A DNA stretch of 64,000 bases from NCBI GenBank assembly GCA_963708075.1, contig OY970194.1, positions 2,944,001-3,008,000 of the forward strand. The letters run 5' to 3'. A program made the translations under genes and the position numbers. How positions within the stretch are numbered: position 1 is the stretch's first letter; the number at the start of each line of letters is the position of its first letter. This document shows positions 48,406 to 58,760 of the stretch, in pieces. Source of the stretch: Sedimentisphaerales bacterium. GTDB taxonomy: Bacteria > Planctomycetota > Phycisphaerae > Sedimentisphaerales > Anaerobacaceae. Under the pieces are notes generated by a model. It had not been told where the DNA came from. It searched no databases and saw only the letters and a list, made by a program, of their open reading frames with translations.

Positions 48406-49628
48406 TAGGGCTATCGCATCTAAATTGAGCCTTTGCAGGCATGGTTTCGTATTCTTCTCAGAAGCAAGACACTTCAAGTAGAGAGGAATACGTTTTTGAT
48501 GAAGAAATCGATTTGGGATCATTTTGCCGCGGTTCCTGATCCTCGCGTGGAGCGGACGAAACGGCATGAATTACAGGATATTCTGGTCATTGGCGTCTGT
48601 GCCGTGATCTGCGGGGCTGAGCACTGGACGGACGTAGAGATGTTCGGCAACGTCAACGAGGAATGGTTTGGCACGTTTCTGGACCTGCCCAATGGCATTC
48701 CATCGCATGATACCTTTGGTCGGGTCTTTGCCGCCCTGGACCCGGATGCGTTTGAAGCGGTCATGCAGGCGTTTGTGGCGGATCTGGCCGGCAGCAGCCG
48801 GGGCAAGCACATCGCCATCGACGGCAAGACCCTGCGAAACAGCTTTGATCGGGTCCGTGCCAAAGGCCCGTTGCACATGGTCAGTGCCTGGGTCCACGAG
48901 AACTGCGTGGCTTTCGGCCAACGGGCGGTCGATGCCAAGAGCAATGAGATCACCGCGATCCCGGAGTTGCTCAAGCTGCTCGACGTGGAGGAGGCAACCA
49001 TCACGATTGACGCCATGGGTTGTCAAAAGGAGATCGCCGAGCAGATCGTCGATCAGGGCGGCGACTATGTGCTGGCCCTCAAGGCTAACCAAGGGACTCT
49101 GTACGAGGATGCCCGGATGTACATGGAGGACGGCATCGCCCACGGGTTTGCCGGCGAGCAGGACTTCTGGGAAACCGTGGAAAAAGGCCATGGACGACTG
49201 GAAACCCGGCGGGTGTGGACTACCAGCGATGTGGGATGGCTGCAAGGGCGTCACGACTGGCCGGGTCTGGGCAGCCTCACGGCCATCGAGCGAGAGCGTC
49301 AGGTCAACGGCCAGTGCGAACGAAAGCGACACTACTTCATCAGCTCCCATCCGGGACACTGTGCCCAGCGTCTGGGGACATTGATTCGCCATCACTGGTC
49401 CGTGGAGGTCCAGTTGCACTGGTCGCTGGACGTGAGTTTCCATGAGGACGCCAGTCGAGTCCGAGTGGCCAACGCCGCCGAGAACTTCTCGCGATTGCGT
49501 CGAATCGCCCTGATGCTGCTCAAGCAGGAGAAGACGGCCAAGGGCGGCATCGCCGCCAAACGCCTCCGAGCCGGCTGGGACCGAGACTACCTGCTTAAGG
49601 TCCTTGGCATTTAGATGCGATAGCCCTG
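48406..49628 (+). mobile_element. Complete ISAs1-family insertion sequence, 1223 bp
   Basis: IRs TAGGGCTATCGCATCTAAAT and CAGGGCTATCGCATCTAAAT (19/20 match); 10-bp target duplication ATCGAACATC at 48396-48405 and 49629-49638. Confidence 0.97.
48499..49614 (+). CDS. ISAs1-family DDE transposase
   Basis: [79 protein letters not shown]. Confidence 0.97.
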   Translation: MKKSIWDHFAAVPDPRVERTKRHELQDILVIGVCAVICGAEHWTDVEMFGNVNEEWFGTFLDLPNGIPSHDTFGRVFAALDPDAFEAVMQAFVADLAGSSRGKHIAIDGKTLRNSFDRVRAKGPLHMVSAWVHENCVAFGQRAVDAKSNEITAIPELLKLLDVEEATITIDAMGCQKEIAEQIVDQGGDYVLALKANQGTLYEDARMYMEDGIAHGFAGEQDFWETVEKGHGRLETRRVWTTSDVGWLQGRHDWPGLGSLTAIERERQVNGQCERKRHYFISSHPGHCAQRLGTLIRHHWSVEVQLHWSLDVSFHEDASRVRVANAAENFSRLRRIALMLLKQEKTAKGGIAAKRLRAGWDRDYLLKVLGI

Positions 49629-49818
49629 ATCGAACATCCCCTTCGCATATCGCGTCTTACAGGGCAAAACGAGGATTCCGGGCGACCTGCGAGAAATTGC
49701 CACAAATCCGTCACCGCTGCCTGTGGAGAGCCACTATTCTCGTGATGCGGGCACATTCTGTGCACACTGTGCCTGCGACAAATGGACCGCCGGGGCCAAC
49801 GTCTGGCAGGAGGTGTAG

Positions 49819-52800
49819 ATGATGAGAAGCACAAAGCGGGAAAGGGCGGCCTTGGTGGGCTGCGCAATCGTTTTGCTATTGAGCGTGCAGTTCACCGCGG
49901 CACCGGCCAACGGCGTTTCCCTGGTGATCAACGAGGTCATGGCCTCCAACGGGGCAACCAAAGCCGACCCGCAGGGCCAGTACGACGACTGGATCGAGGT
50001 CTACAATTATGGAGATACTCCCATCGACCTGGGCGGCATGCACCTGACCGACGATCCAAACGACCCGGAGAAGTGGCAGATTCCGACCGGTAATGCGACT
50101 CTGACCACCGTTGCCCCGAAAGGATATCTGCTGATCTGGGCAGACACGAATATCAAGGACCAGGGCTTGCACGCCGGCTTCAAGCTCGATGCCGGCGGCG
50201 AGGATCTTGCCCTGTTTGACACGGACGGCACAACCCTGATCGACAGCATGAGTTTCCCGGAGCAGGCCCGTGACATCTCCTACGGGCGCTACCCCGATGC
50301 CAACGACACGTGGCAGTTCTTCGGCGTTGCCACCCCCGGAGCAGCCAATCAGGCCGGCTTCCTGGGAGTGGTCGGGGAGGTCCAGTTCAGCCAGAAGCAC
50401 GGCTTCTACAATGAGCCGGTCTCCGTCGCTCTAACCACTGAAACGCCGGATGCGGCGATTTACTACACTCTCAATGGGGATACGCCGGGCCAGATGGTGG
50501 GACGCAACCTGTCGGGGACACTCTACGCGGGTCCGCTCACCATCAGCAAGACCTCCTGTCTGCGAGCCGTGGCGATCAGGCAGGAATGGAAACCATCCGC
50601 CGTGACGACTCAGACCTACATCTTCGTAAGTGATGTAGTGAAGCAATCGCCCACCGGCGCCAAGCCCGGGGCGGACTGGCCCAATCCATCCACAGGCGGT
50701 GGCGGCGGCTGGCCGGGCGGAGGGGGCGGCGGTGGCGCCCAAGTCATCGACTATGGCATGGACCCGGACGTCGTGAACGATGCGCGGTATAAGGACCTCG
50801 TGGACGATGCCCTGCTGTCGATTCCGTCGATCTCGATTGTGACGCCTCTCGCGAATCTGTTCAATGCGAGCACGGGGATCTACGTGAACGCGACGCAGGA
50901 CGGGTCGGAGTGGGAGCGGCCGTGCTCCGTTGAGCTGATCTATCCGGATGGGACCGAGGGCTTCCAAGTCGATGTGGGCCTGCGGATTCGGGGAGGCTAC
51001 GGCCGCCAGGGCAGCAACGCCAAGCACGGTTTCCGCCTGTTCTTCCGGCCCGAGCTGCGCTATCCCCTGTTCGAGGATGAAGGGATCGACACCTTCGAGA
51101 AGGTGGACCTGCGAACCGAGCAGAACTACTCCTGGGCCTTCAAGGGCAGCCAGGGCGACGACAACGGCAGCAAGAACACCATGTTGCGGGAGGTCTTCTC
51201 CCGCGACCTGCAGGGCGCCACGGGCCAGCCCTATACGAGGAGTCGCTACTACCATCTTTACATCGACGGCCAGTATTGGGGCGTCTACCAGACGCAGGAA
51301 CGTTCCGAGGCGCGGTACGCCGCATCGTATTTCGGGGGCGACGTCGAAGACTATGACGTGGCCAAAGTCGATTCAGGACCCGGAATGCCCTATACGATGT
51401 ACACGACGGACGGCACCATGGACGCGTACAACCGGCTGTGGGATGCGGCCGCAAAAGGCTTCGCCACGGATGCGGCCTACTACCGCGTGCAGGGACTCAA
51501 CCCTGATGGCACGCGCAATCCCGCCTACGAGCGGCTCGTCGACGTCGATAACCTTATCGACTACATGCTCTGCACGTTCTACGCCGGCGACATCGACGGG
51601 CCGGTTCCGAATTTCCTCCAGAACACCCGGCCAAACAATTTCTACGCCGTCTACAACCGCACGAATCCCGACGGCTGGAAGTTCTTCCGGCACGATTGCG
51701 AGCATACCCTCTTCAACGTCAATGAGAATCGCACGGGCCCCTACTCCTGCGGACAGCAGAGACAGTACTTCAATCCGCAGTGGCTGCACCAGCAACTGAC
51801 GGCCAATGCCGAGTACAAGATGCGTTTCGCCGATCACGTGTATAAGCACTTTTTCAACGACGGCGTCATGACCCCGCAAGCCGCCGCTCACCTCCTGTCC
51901 GCCCGCAAGGATGCCATCGACTTGGCGATCATCGCGGAATCCGCCCGCTGGGGCGATGCCAAGGTTTCCAAGCCGCGAACGAAGGACGATGACTGGCTCC
52001 CCCAGGTCCGCTTGCTGCTCAATGATTATCTTCCCAAGCGGACGGACATCGTTCTCGGGCAGTTCAAAACCAAGAACTGGTACCCGGCCATCGACGCGCC
52101 GAGCTTCAATCAGCATGGCGGGGCCGTGAGCAATGGCTTCGCCCTGACGATGACTGCGCCCTTCGGTGACATCTATTACACGCTCGACGGCACGGACCCC
52201 CGCCTGCCGGGCGGTGCGATCAATACCGCGCACGCAACAAAATACACCGGGCCTGTCACCCTAACAGAGTCCACGCGTGTCAGGGCACGTGTGCTCTTCG
52301 GCATGTGGAGCGCGATTTACGACGCCGTCTTTGCCGTGGGCCCGGTGGCTGAGAGTCTTCGGATCAGTGAGATCATGTATCACCCGGCCAGTACAGGCAG
52401 TCCGGATGATCCAAATACCGAGTACATCGAGCTGACCAACATCGGCACCGAGACGATCAATCTCAACATGGTGCGCTTCACCAACGGAATCGACTTCACC
52501 TTCCCCGATATCGAGTTGGCCCCCGGCAGCTATTGCCTCGTGGTCAAAGACACCACCGCCTTCACAGCCAAGTATAGCTCGACCTTGCCTGTCGCGGGTC
52601 AGTACACAGGCAGTCTGGCTAACGACGGTGAGAGAATCGAGATGGTGGACGCCATCGGCGCAACGATTCACAACTTCCGGTACGAAGACGCTTGGTACGA
52701 CCGCACCGACGGCGACGGCTACTCCCTAACCATCGTCAACCCAGCCAACCCCGACTTGGAGACCTGGTCCCAGCAGACCGCCTGGCACGCCAGCACGCAC

Positions 52801-52839
52801 AAGAACGGCTCCCCTGGAACAGGCGATGCGACCCCGTAA
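49819..52839 (+). CDS. Secreted LTD / FN3-associated / CotH-kinase-like / LTD protein, paralog of 23135-27148
   Basis: LVINEVMASN..DWIEVYN, YWGVYQTQER, DNLIDYML, NNFYA, HDCEHTL, AESARWGD, LRISEIMYHP. Confidence 0.85.
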   Translation: MMRSTKRERAALVGCAIVLLLSVQFTAAPANGVSLVINEVMASNGATKADPQGQYDDWIEVYNYGDTPIDLGGMHLTDDPNDPEKWQIPTGNATLTTVAPKGYLLIWADTNIKDQGLHAGFKLDAGGEDLALFDTDGTTLIDSMSFPEQARDISYGRYPDANDTWQFFGVATPGAANQAGFLGVVGEVQFSQKHGFYNEPVSVALTTETPDAAIYYTLNGDTPGQMVGRNLSGTLYAGPLTISKTSCLRAVAIRQEWKPSAVTTQTYIFVSDVVKQSPTGAKPGADWPNPSTGGGGGWPGGGGGGGAQVIDYGMDPDVVNDARYKDLVDDALLSIPSISIVTPLANLFNASTGIYVNATQDGSEWERPCSVELIYPDGTEGFQVDVGLRIRGGYGRQGSNAKHGFRLFFRPELRYPLFEDEGIDTFEKVDLRTEQNYSWAFKGSQGDDNGSKNTMLREVFSRDLQGATGQPYTRSRYYHLYIDGQYWGVYQTQERSEARYAASYFGGDVEDYDVAKVDSGPGMPYTMYTTDGTMDAYNRLWDAAAKGFATDAAYYRVQGLNPDGTRNPAYERLVDVDNLIDYMLCTFYAGDIDGPVPNFLQNTRPNNFYAVYNRTNPDGWKFFRHDCEHTLFNVNENRTGPYSCGQQRQYFNPQWLHQQLTANAEYKMRFADHVYKHFFNDGVMTPQAAAHLLSARKDAIDLAIIAESARWGDAKVSKPRTKDDDWLPQVRLLLNDYLPKRTDIVLGQFKTKNWYPAIDAPSFNQHGGAVSNGFALTMTAPFGDIYYTLDGTDPRLPGGAINTAHATKYTGPVTLTESTRVRARVLFGMWSAIYDAVFAVGPVAESLRISEIMYHPASTGSPDDPNTEYIELTNIGTETINLNMVRFTNGIDFTFPDIELAPGSYCLVVKDTTAFTAKYSSTLPVAGQYTGSLANDGERIEMVDAIGATIHNFRYEDAWYDRTDGDGYSLTIVNPANPDLETWSQQTAWHASTHKNGSPGTGDATP

Positions 52840-52872
52840 ACCGCCAGCAGCATCGAACTGCGGCGCAGTGAA

Positions 52873-53313
52873 TCAGCCGGTGGCACAGTCTCTTTTCTTC
52901 GTCGTCTGCACAACCGAGACGTATCCGCAGGCGGCTGCCCCGGCGATCCAATAGAATACGATGGACGGGAGGTAAAACAGACCTATGCTCCCTTCGGCAT
53001 CTCCACCAAAGTAGGCTACAGCGCCACGGGAATTCAAGCTGATCGTGACGACGAGACTCGCGCCGATGGCGACTGTGTACGCTGTGCCCAGGATGAGCAA
53101 TCTACCCCAGTGCTTGCTGTTCGACCAGAGCCTCAGCCGCCATTCGCACAGATTCAAAAGGACGGCGACGCCCAGCACAAAGCCAAAGGGGATGAAATAG
53201 ACCAGGTATGATGACAGGTAGCCCTGCAAAGGGTACGAGAAGACGTGCAGGAAGAAGGAGAGCAATATCCACCATATCATAATGACCAGGTGCTTAGCGG
53301 GTCCCCGCAGCAT
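52873..53313 (-). CDS. Hypothetical 4-TM membrane protein
   Basis: RBS AAGGAG before ATG 53313; four hydrophobic segments. Confidence 0.6.
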   Translation of the reverse strand: MLRGPAKHLVIMIWWILLSFFLHVFSYPLQGYLSSYLVYFIPFGFVLGVAVLLNLCEWRLRLWSNSKHWGRLLILGTAYTVAIGASLVVTISLNSRGAVAYFGGDAEGSIGLFYLPSIVFYWIAGAAACGYVSVVQTTKKRDCATG

Positions 53314-53665
53314 TCGGTTTCTCCTTAAACTGAACAACGAGCAAGTTCACATCGGCACTTGGCTCGAACCATCTGCCTTGGACATGGCACTGATCTTATC
53401 GCCGTCCATCAGGTGAATCAACACGGATAGTGCGCCGAAGACAGCACTGTTGGAGAATCTTCTTCTGTCTCGTTCAAGTCTTTCCGGTCTGAAGCCGCAC
53501 GCACCCGCAACGAGCCGATGTGCGGACCCGCCGAATTTGAAAAATCGTGGCGCACGATTCACCCGTGAATCGGCTTGTCCTCGACGCCCAGGATGGCCAT
53601 AATGTCATTAGCCGAGACAACAGTGGGCTCGGAGATTGGAGGATCTTATGGATCGGAGGACATCT

Positions 53666-55103
53666 ATGTCGAATGCGATTACGAGACGGCAGTTGATGGG
53701 GGCGGGAGCAGCGGGGTTGTGCGCGCTGGCGGTTGGCGCGAAGCTGCAGGCGGCGGAGAGTAGGAGGCGGCCCAATGTCTTGATCATCACTACGGACCAG
53801 CAGCGCGTCGATGCGATGAGCGCGGTGGGCAACAAGTGGGTCAAGACACCCAACATGGATTCCCTCGCAGCCAACGGGGTGTATTTCACGAACTCGTACA
53901 CCCCCTATCCGTTGTGTAGTCCGGCGAGGGCGGCCCTGCACGCCGGCCGGCCGCCGCATGAGATCGGCGTGGATCACAACAGCATGGCGGTCGATTCGAA
54001 AATCCCCCTCTCCGGCCAGGTCTTCCGCGAGGCCGGCTACGACACCGGCTACGCGGGCAAGTGGCATTGCCCGGAAGTGTATCCGACCGAAGGCATCGCC
54101 GGCTATGACAGCCTCAACACCACCACGCGGGTGGGCAAGCTGGCGCAGGTCGTGGACGAGGGGACGATGAATGCCGCCGTCGAGTTCATTCGGCGTAAGC
54201 GAGAGAAGCCGTTCATAGCCGTCGCGTCGTTCATCAACCCGCACGACATCTGCCTGCCCGCGGGCGGGGACAGCCCGATTCTCGATCAGGTATGGCAGCG
54301 GTATCAGCCGCCGGCCGGGACCGAGTTGCCGCCGCTGCCCGCGAACTTCGGGGACACCGAAGGTCTGCCGGAGGGATTCGCTCGCAAACCCCGGCACGAT
54401 GGGTGGGACGAGAATCAGTGGCGAAAGTACATCTATGCGTATTATCGCATGGTGGAGGATGTGGACCGGCAGATCGGGCTCGTGCTGCAAGCGCTGCGTG
54501 AGAGTGGACAGGAGAACAACACGATCGTCGTATTCACCAGCGATCACGGCGAAGGTCTGGCCTCGCACCGCTGGACCGGTAAGATGATGTATTACCAGGA
54601 GGAGGCCGCGGTGCCGCTGATCGTGTCGTGGAAAGGCGTGACACCCGCCGGACGAATCGACCGCGAGCACCTGGTCTCGGCGCTGGACGTGCTGCCGACG
54701 ATCTGCGATTACGCAGGCGTGAAAGGTCCGGCGATCATGCGAGGCAAGAGCCTCAAGCCCATCATCGAGAAGCCACAGCAGTCCGGGCATGAGTATGTCG
54801 TCTCGGAAATGGCCAACGGTCCCGCGCAGCTTCATGGTGCGGACGAAGCAGTACAAGTACATGGTCTTCCCCGTCGCGACCGGCCCGAAACAGGAGATGT
54901 TTTTCGATATGCAGGCCGACCCCGGCGAGATGAAGAACCTCGTCGCCCAGCCGGCACTCGCGAAGGAGATCGAGCGACATCGCAAGCTGCTCGCGGACTG
55001 GAACAAGCTCACCGAGGAATCCAGCCACCCGATTCAGCCCGCACCCAAAGCCCAGAGAACCAAGGCTCAGAAAGACAAGGCGAGGCAGAAGAAGAAGAGA
55101 TGA
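53666..55103 (+). pseudogene. Tat-exported Cys-type sulfatase; frameshift near 54822 (possibly an assembly error)
   Basis: ITRRQLMG, PNVLIITTDQQR, CSPAR, GKWH, FTSDHG; C-terminus MVRTKQYKY..FFDMQADPGEMKNL lies in the next frame. Confidence 0.9.
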
Positions 55104-55116
55104 GAAGGAGAATCTG

Positions 55117-55830
55117 ATGAATCGCAGAACGTTCATGAAGACGATGCCGGCTCTGGCAATGCTGGCCGGCCCGGTCACAGCACGCGCCGCCGCGACGAGT
55201 GCCCCCGCCGGGACTGTCCAGGATTTGCAGCCGATCACCCTGCCCAAACACGAAACCGACGGCGGCAAATCCGTGCTGGCGGCCCTGCAGGAACGAAGGA
55301 CAAACCGCAACATCAGCGATAAGCCCCTGCCGATGCAGACGCTGTCGAATCTGCTCTGGGCCGCCTTCGGGGTCAACCGCGAGCAAGGGTCATTCGGCAA
55401 GCCCGGGAGAACCGCCCCATCCGCCAGCAACTCGCAGGAGATGGATTTGTACGTCGCCCTGCCCGAGGGCGTCTATCTCTACGAGGCAGTCCCCCACCGC
55501 CTGACCCCAATCGTCCCCGGCGACTTCCGCGCGAGGTCCGGTCGGGGCGCTGCGGCCAAAGCCCCGGTGAACATCTTCTACGTCGTGGACCTGACCCGAT
55601 ACGACACAGGACCGAGCCAGCCCGACCGCAGGATTGGCGACCCCGAAATCCAGAAATCGTATTACTATGTCGCGGTCGGTCTGATCGCCCAGAACATCTA
55701 CCTGTTCGCGGCATCGCAGGGCTTGGCCGCCTGGTTCCACAACTGCAACAAGGACGACACCGCCAAAGAGTTCAGACTCCGCCCCCAGCAGCGAGTCCTC
55801 TTCGCTCAAACCATAGGCTACCCGGCGTGA
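55117..55830 (+). CDS. Tat-exported nitroreductase-family (SagB/ThcOx-like) protein
   Basis: MNRRTFMK; ALQERRTNR, LSNLLWAAFGVNR, RTAPSASN, GLIAQNIYLFAASQGL. Confidence 0.88.
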   Translation: MNRRTFMKTMPALAMLAGPVTARAAATSAPAGTVQDLQPITLPKHETDGGKSVLAALQERRTNRNISDKPLPMQTLSNLLWAAFGVNREQGSFGKPGRTAPSASNSQEMDLYVALPEGVYLYEAVPHRLTPIVPGDFRARSGRGAAAKAPVNIFYVVDLTRYDTGPSQPDRRIGDPEIQKSYYYVAVGLIAQNIYLFAASQGLAAWFHNCNKDDTAKEFRLRPQQRVLFAQTIGYPA

Positions 55831-55944
55831 CAAGTACTACAAGACTCGACTGTGCTCTAACTCGCGGCACTGGCTTCCTATTACCTTCCTTAGCCAGCCT
55901 GGCTACAATACCTTCTGGTGCGATGAACAGAACATTGGGACTCT

Positions 55945-56682
55945 ATGTCAGACCATGACTTTCACAACCGGCTATTCCTCTCCAGCGTTCCGCTTGTTCG
56001 CTTGGACAAAGCACACAAGCCGGTGGGTTTTGCGTCAGGTTGTCTGGTCGATTATCATGGTCATCGGATTCTGCTTACGGTGTCTCACGCGACTGGAGAT
56101 CAAGGTAACTGGGCCATTCAGCTTCGGTACATTCCCGGCAAGGGCGCTGCGTTGTACCAGCTGGGAGCAATGTACTTCCTTGAGACAGGCTCATTAGCAG
56201 ATCTTCGAGTCAAGGAAGTCGATTTCTCCTATGTCGAGGTACCGAGTGAGCTTTGTGCGTACAGACAAGAGGTGGCGTCTCTTGCCACGATCAAATCGGA
56301 GATCCCAATAACAGTCCACAATATGAGCTTCGAAGAAGTGCCGCAGTGCGGCGTAAGCTACGGTTTCTGCGGCATCGTCTTTCCAACCTATGAAGAGCAT
56401 TTTGGACAGTTTTGTGTCGGCGGAGAGCCTCGCGTCTACTCCGGCCTAACCTATCTGCGAACTGAGGATGACTACCACGTGTTCTCTCTACCATTTGAGC
56501 ATCCGGGGCACAAGCACTTCGAAGGCTGCAGTGGTGCGCCAGTGGTAAGCGAGCATGGAGGGATTGTAGGCCTTGTGTGCGGAGGCGATGAGAAAACGAA
56601 GGAGGTTTGGGCGGTGTCCACCAACACATACAAAGTGGTAATCGACGTACTCATAGGTAATATAGCACAGGCGCCCACGTGA
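55945..56682 (+). CDS. Trypsin-like serine protease without a signal peptide
   Basis: LLTVSHA (His), VDFSY (Asp), GCSGAPVV (Ser), IVGLV; lower GC. Confidence 0.7.
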   Translation: MSDHDFHNRLFLSSVPLVRLDKAHKPVGFASGCLVDYHGHRILLTVSHATGDQGNWAIQLRYIPGKGAALYQLGAMYFLETGSLADLRVKEVDFSYVEVPSELCAYRQEVASLATIKSEIPITVHNMSFEEVPQCGVSYGFCGIVFPTYEEHFGQFCVGGEPRVYSGLTYLRTEDDYHVFSLPFEHPGHKHFEGCSGAPVVSEHGGIVGLVCGGDEKTKEVWAVSTNTYKVVIDVLIGNIAQAPT

Positions 56683-56721
56683 TAGAGTGTTGAGGTGTCT
56701 TGTCTAAATAGGAGTTGGTAT

Positions 56722-57144
56722 ATGCCAGATGAGAATCCGATCACTCAAGGGCTGATGTTCCTCGGCGAAAGATTACTTTCGATATCTGATACGCTTGCCA
56801 AATCAAAGCGAGAGAAAAGGGACCGCATTGCGGACTACTGTGAGAGAATTGGCGACACCCTATCTCGTGCTTTCAAGGACTTGGACCGTGGCATTGTCCC
56901 TCACGGCTTGTGTGCTGAGATGGACCACTACATGAGAGACCTCAGGGCCGTCCTAGCGGATACCCTCTCGGCAAACGAGTACGATGATCTCCGAGGCGCG
57001 CTTCAGGTCGCCTATGAGGTCGAACATATTGATCGTGAGTTTCCTGGTCCCCAAAGGTCTGGATCTAAGTATGCGGAACTGGATATCGCGGCTGGCAAGT
57101 TCAGGGCAACGGCAGGAAAAATCCGCGCAACACGACGGACATAG
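56722..57144 (+). CDS. Hypothetical helical protein
   Basis: RBS AGGAG before ATG 56722; 140-aa ORF that appears co-transcribed with the protease. Confidence 0.65.
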   Translation: MPDENPITQGLMFLGERLLSISDTLAKSKREKRDRIADYCERIGDTLSRAFKDLDRGIVPHGLCAEMDHYMRDLRAVLADTLSANEYDDLRGALQVAYEVEHIDREFPGPQRSGSKYAELDIAAGKFRATAGKIRATRRT

Positions 57145-57203
57145 GAAAAGAGGCAAGGCATGAGAGGTGGAATGTCTTCTTTCCCTCCTGGAGGCGACCG
57201 TCG

Positions 57204-57386
57204 ATGAGGAAGAATGAAATACTCGAAGAGGTCTGGCGCAATCGGGACGAGTTCGCCAGAGAGCACAATTATGATCTTGATGCGATGGTGGCTGCGCTCC
57301 AAGAGATGGAGAAGCATCCACTCACGAAGGTAGTGAATCGCCGTCGGAGAAAGCCGGGCAAGGCCGCCAAGAAGCAGAAACGCTGA
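57204..57386 (+). CDS. Small protein resembling the partners encoded downstream of PIN-domain toxins
   Basis: NEILEEVWRNRDEFAREHNYDLDAM pattern with a basic tail; RBS GGAGG. Confidence 0.6.
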   Translation: MRKNEILEEVWRNRDEFAREHNYDLDAMVAALQEMEKHPLTKVVNRRRRKPGKAAKKQKR

Positions 57387-57433
57387 TTCTCTTTGCGCCG
57401 ACAAGGCTCGGGGTAGAGCCGGAATGCAGCGGC

Positions 57434-58441
57434 TTACAGGATTGTGCCCGTGAACTCCCTGACTAGTTTCAGGGTGTCGCCGCTGTCCGCCATTTCGAAC
57501 ATTCGGGGGCGGACGGCGGGGCCGTTGGGGGCGTGCAGGACCATCATCAACGTGCCGTCGAAGGTCGTGAAGAGCATGCCGTGGCCGCCGTCTTCCGAGA
57601 AGAGGGGTTCGGCCTGCTGGGTCCAGGGGCCGGCCAGTTTGCCTGAATCAGAGATGGCAATGCCCTCGGTGTAGCCGCCCTTCCCGTAGCCGGCCCAGAT
57701 CATGTACAGCTTGCCGGTCTTGCCCTTGTGGAGGAACGGGGCGTCGGTGACGTAGTTGCCGTGGGCCTTGCCCATCAGGTTCCAGGGGGTCTCGCTGGCG
57801 CGGAACAGGACGGTCGGTTCGCTGACGGTCTCCGACAGGTCGTCCTTGAGGCGAACGTACTCGATCGAGCCGTTGGTGATCTGCACCCACTCGTGGCAGA
57901 AGACCATGCAGGGCACGCCGTCTTCGACCCAGAGCGTGCCGTCGAGTGTCATCATGTCCGGCGGCAGCGTCGAGCGGCTCACGAAGGGCTTGAACGGGCC
58001 CGTCGGCGAGTCGCCGGCCAGCACCTGCGAGCCGCGAGTCACACGAGGCAGCCAGTTGCGCCACTGCTCGGGGAACTGGTGGCGCGTGTCGAACGTCAGG
58101 AACAGATAGTACTTACCCTTGTAGGCGTGCAGCTCGGGCGCCCAGATGCCGACGACGGGGATGTCGCCCCATATGTCCGCCGGCGGATCGAAGATCGTCT
58201 GAGGCCCCTGCCAGGTCGCCAAGTCGGTGCTGGTGTATGCCCGCACGCTCCTGCGAGCCGAACCAATCATATAGTAAGTCTTCGAACTCTGGTCGGCCAG
58301 GATGCAGGGGTCGCGCATCCGGATGTCCGCCAGCTTGACAGGGCCTGTCGTCGGCGACGCCGCCGGCTGCGCTTGGGCCACGGTAGACAAGCCAAGCACC
58401 ATCAGAACGTGAAGACTACATCTTCCGAATGCCGTGTCCAT
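57434..58441 (-). CDS. Glycoside hydrolase family 43
   Basis: MRDPCI, IWAPELHAYKGKYYLF, SPTGPF, TLDGTLW, FCHEW, DGGHGMLF. Confidence 0.92.
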   Translation of the reverse strand: MDTAFGRCSLHVLMVLGLSTVAQAQPAASPTTGPVKLADIRMRDPCILADQSSKTYYMIGSARRSVRAYTSTDLATWQGPQTIFDPPADIWGDIPVVGIWAPELHAYKGKYYLFLTFDTRHQFPEQWRNWLPRVTRGSQVLAGDSPTGPFKPFVSRSTLPPDMMTLDGTLWVEDGVPCMVFCHEWVQITNGSIEYVRLKDDLSETVSEPTVLFRASETPWNLMGKAHGNYVTDAPFLHKGKTGKLYMIWAGYGKGGYTEGIAISDSGKLAGPWTQQAEPLFSEDGGHGMLFTTFDGTLMMVLHAPNGPAVRPRMFEMADSGDTLKLVREFTGTIL

Positions 58442-58668
58442 ATCTTGTCCTCCCACGCGGACTGATCTTCAAACGCCTTGTTCGGCACTAATGCGCCATC
58501 ATAGCCGCGTGCAGAGCCGCTTGGCAAGCAGGCTTCGTCACGACACAGGTGAGGCAAAGAACGAACGGATGCTGAGCATGTCCGCCGATGTACATAGGAG
58601 TGGGCAGACTGCGCTCAGATAAGAATGACAGACCAGAGACCGGGCACGAACGGAACATCGAAAAGCGG

Positions 58669-58731
58669 AGGCCGGAGACCGTGGAATTGGACGCGCACAG
58701 CATCCAATAAGTTGTCCACAGTCCCCGGCCT
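58669..58731 (-). terminator. Long 3' stem-loop/terminator of glnA
   Basis: 17-bp arms pair fully on the minus strand with two G-U pairs; inner TTGGA/TCCAA stem; followed by CCGCTTTT. Confidence 0.6.
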
Positions 58732-58760
58732 ACACACTAATGGCTATTGATCGCCGGAGC

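Noticed and set aside
48252..49818. Search for the sigma54/CTACA-N4-TGTAG motif upstream of gltB
   Set aside because: No convincing -24/-12 element or paired box on either side of the IS; GCACATTCTGTGC near 49751 has the wrong spacing
53511..53535. GAGCCGATGTGCGGACCCG resembling the start of group II intron domain V
   Set aside because: The complementary 3' arm and domain VI are absent and there is no RT ORF nearby
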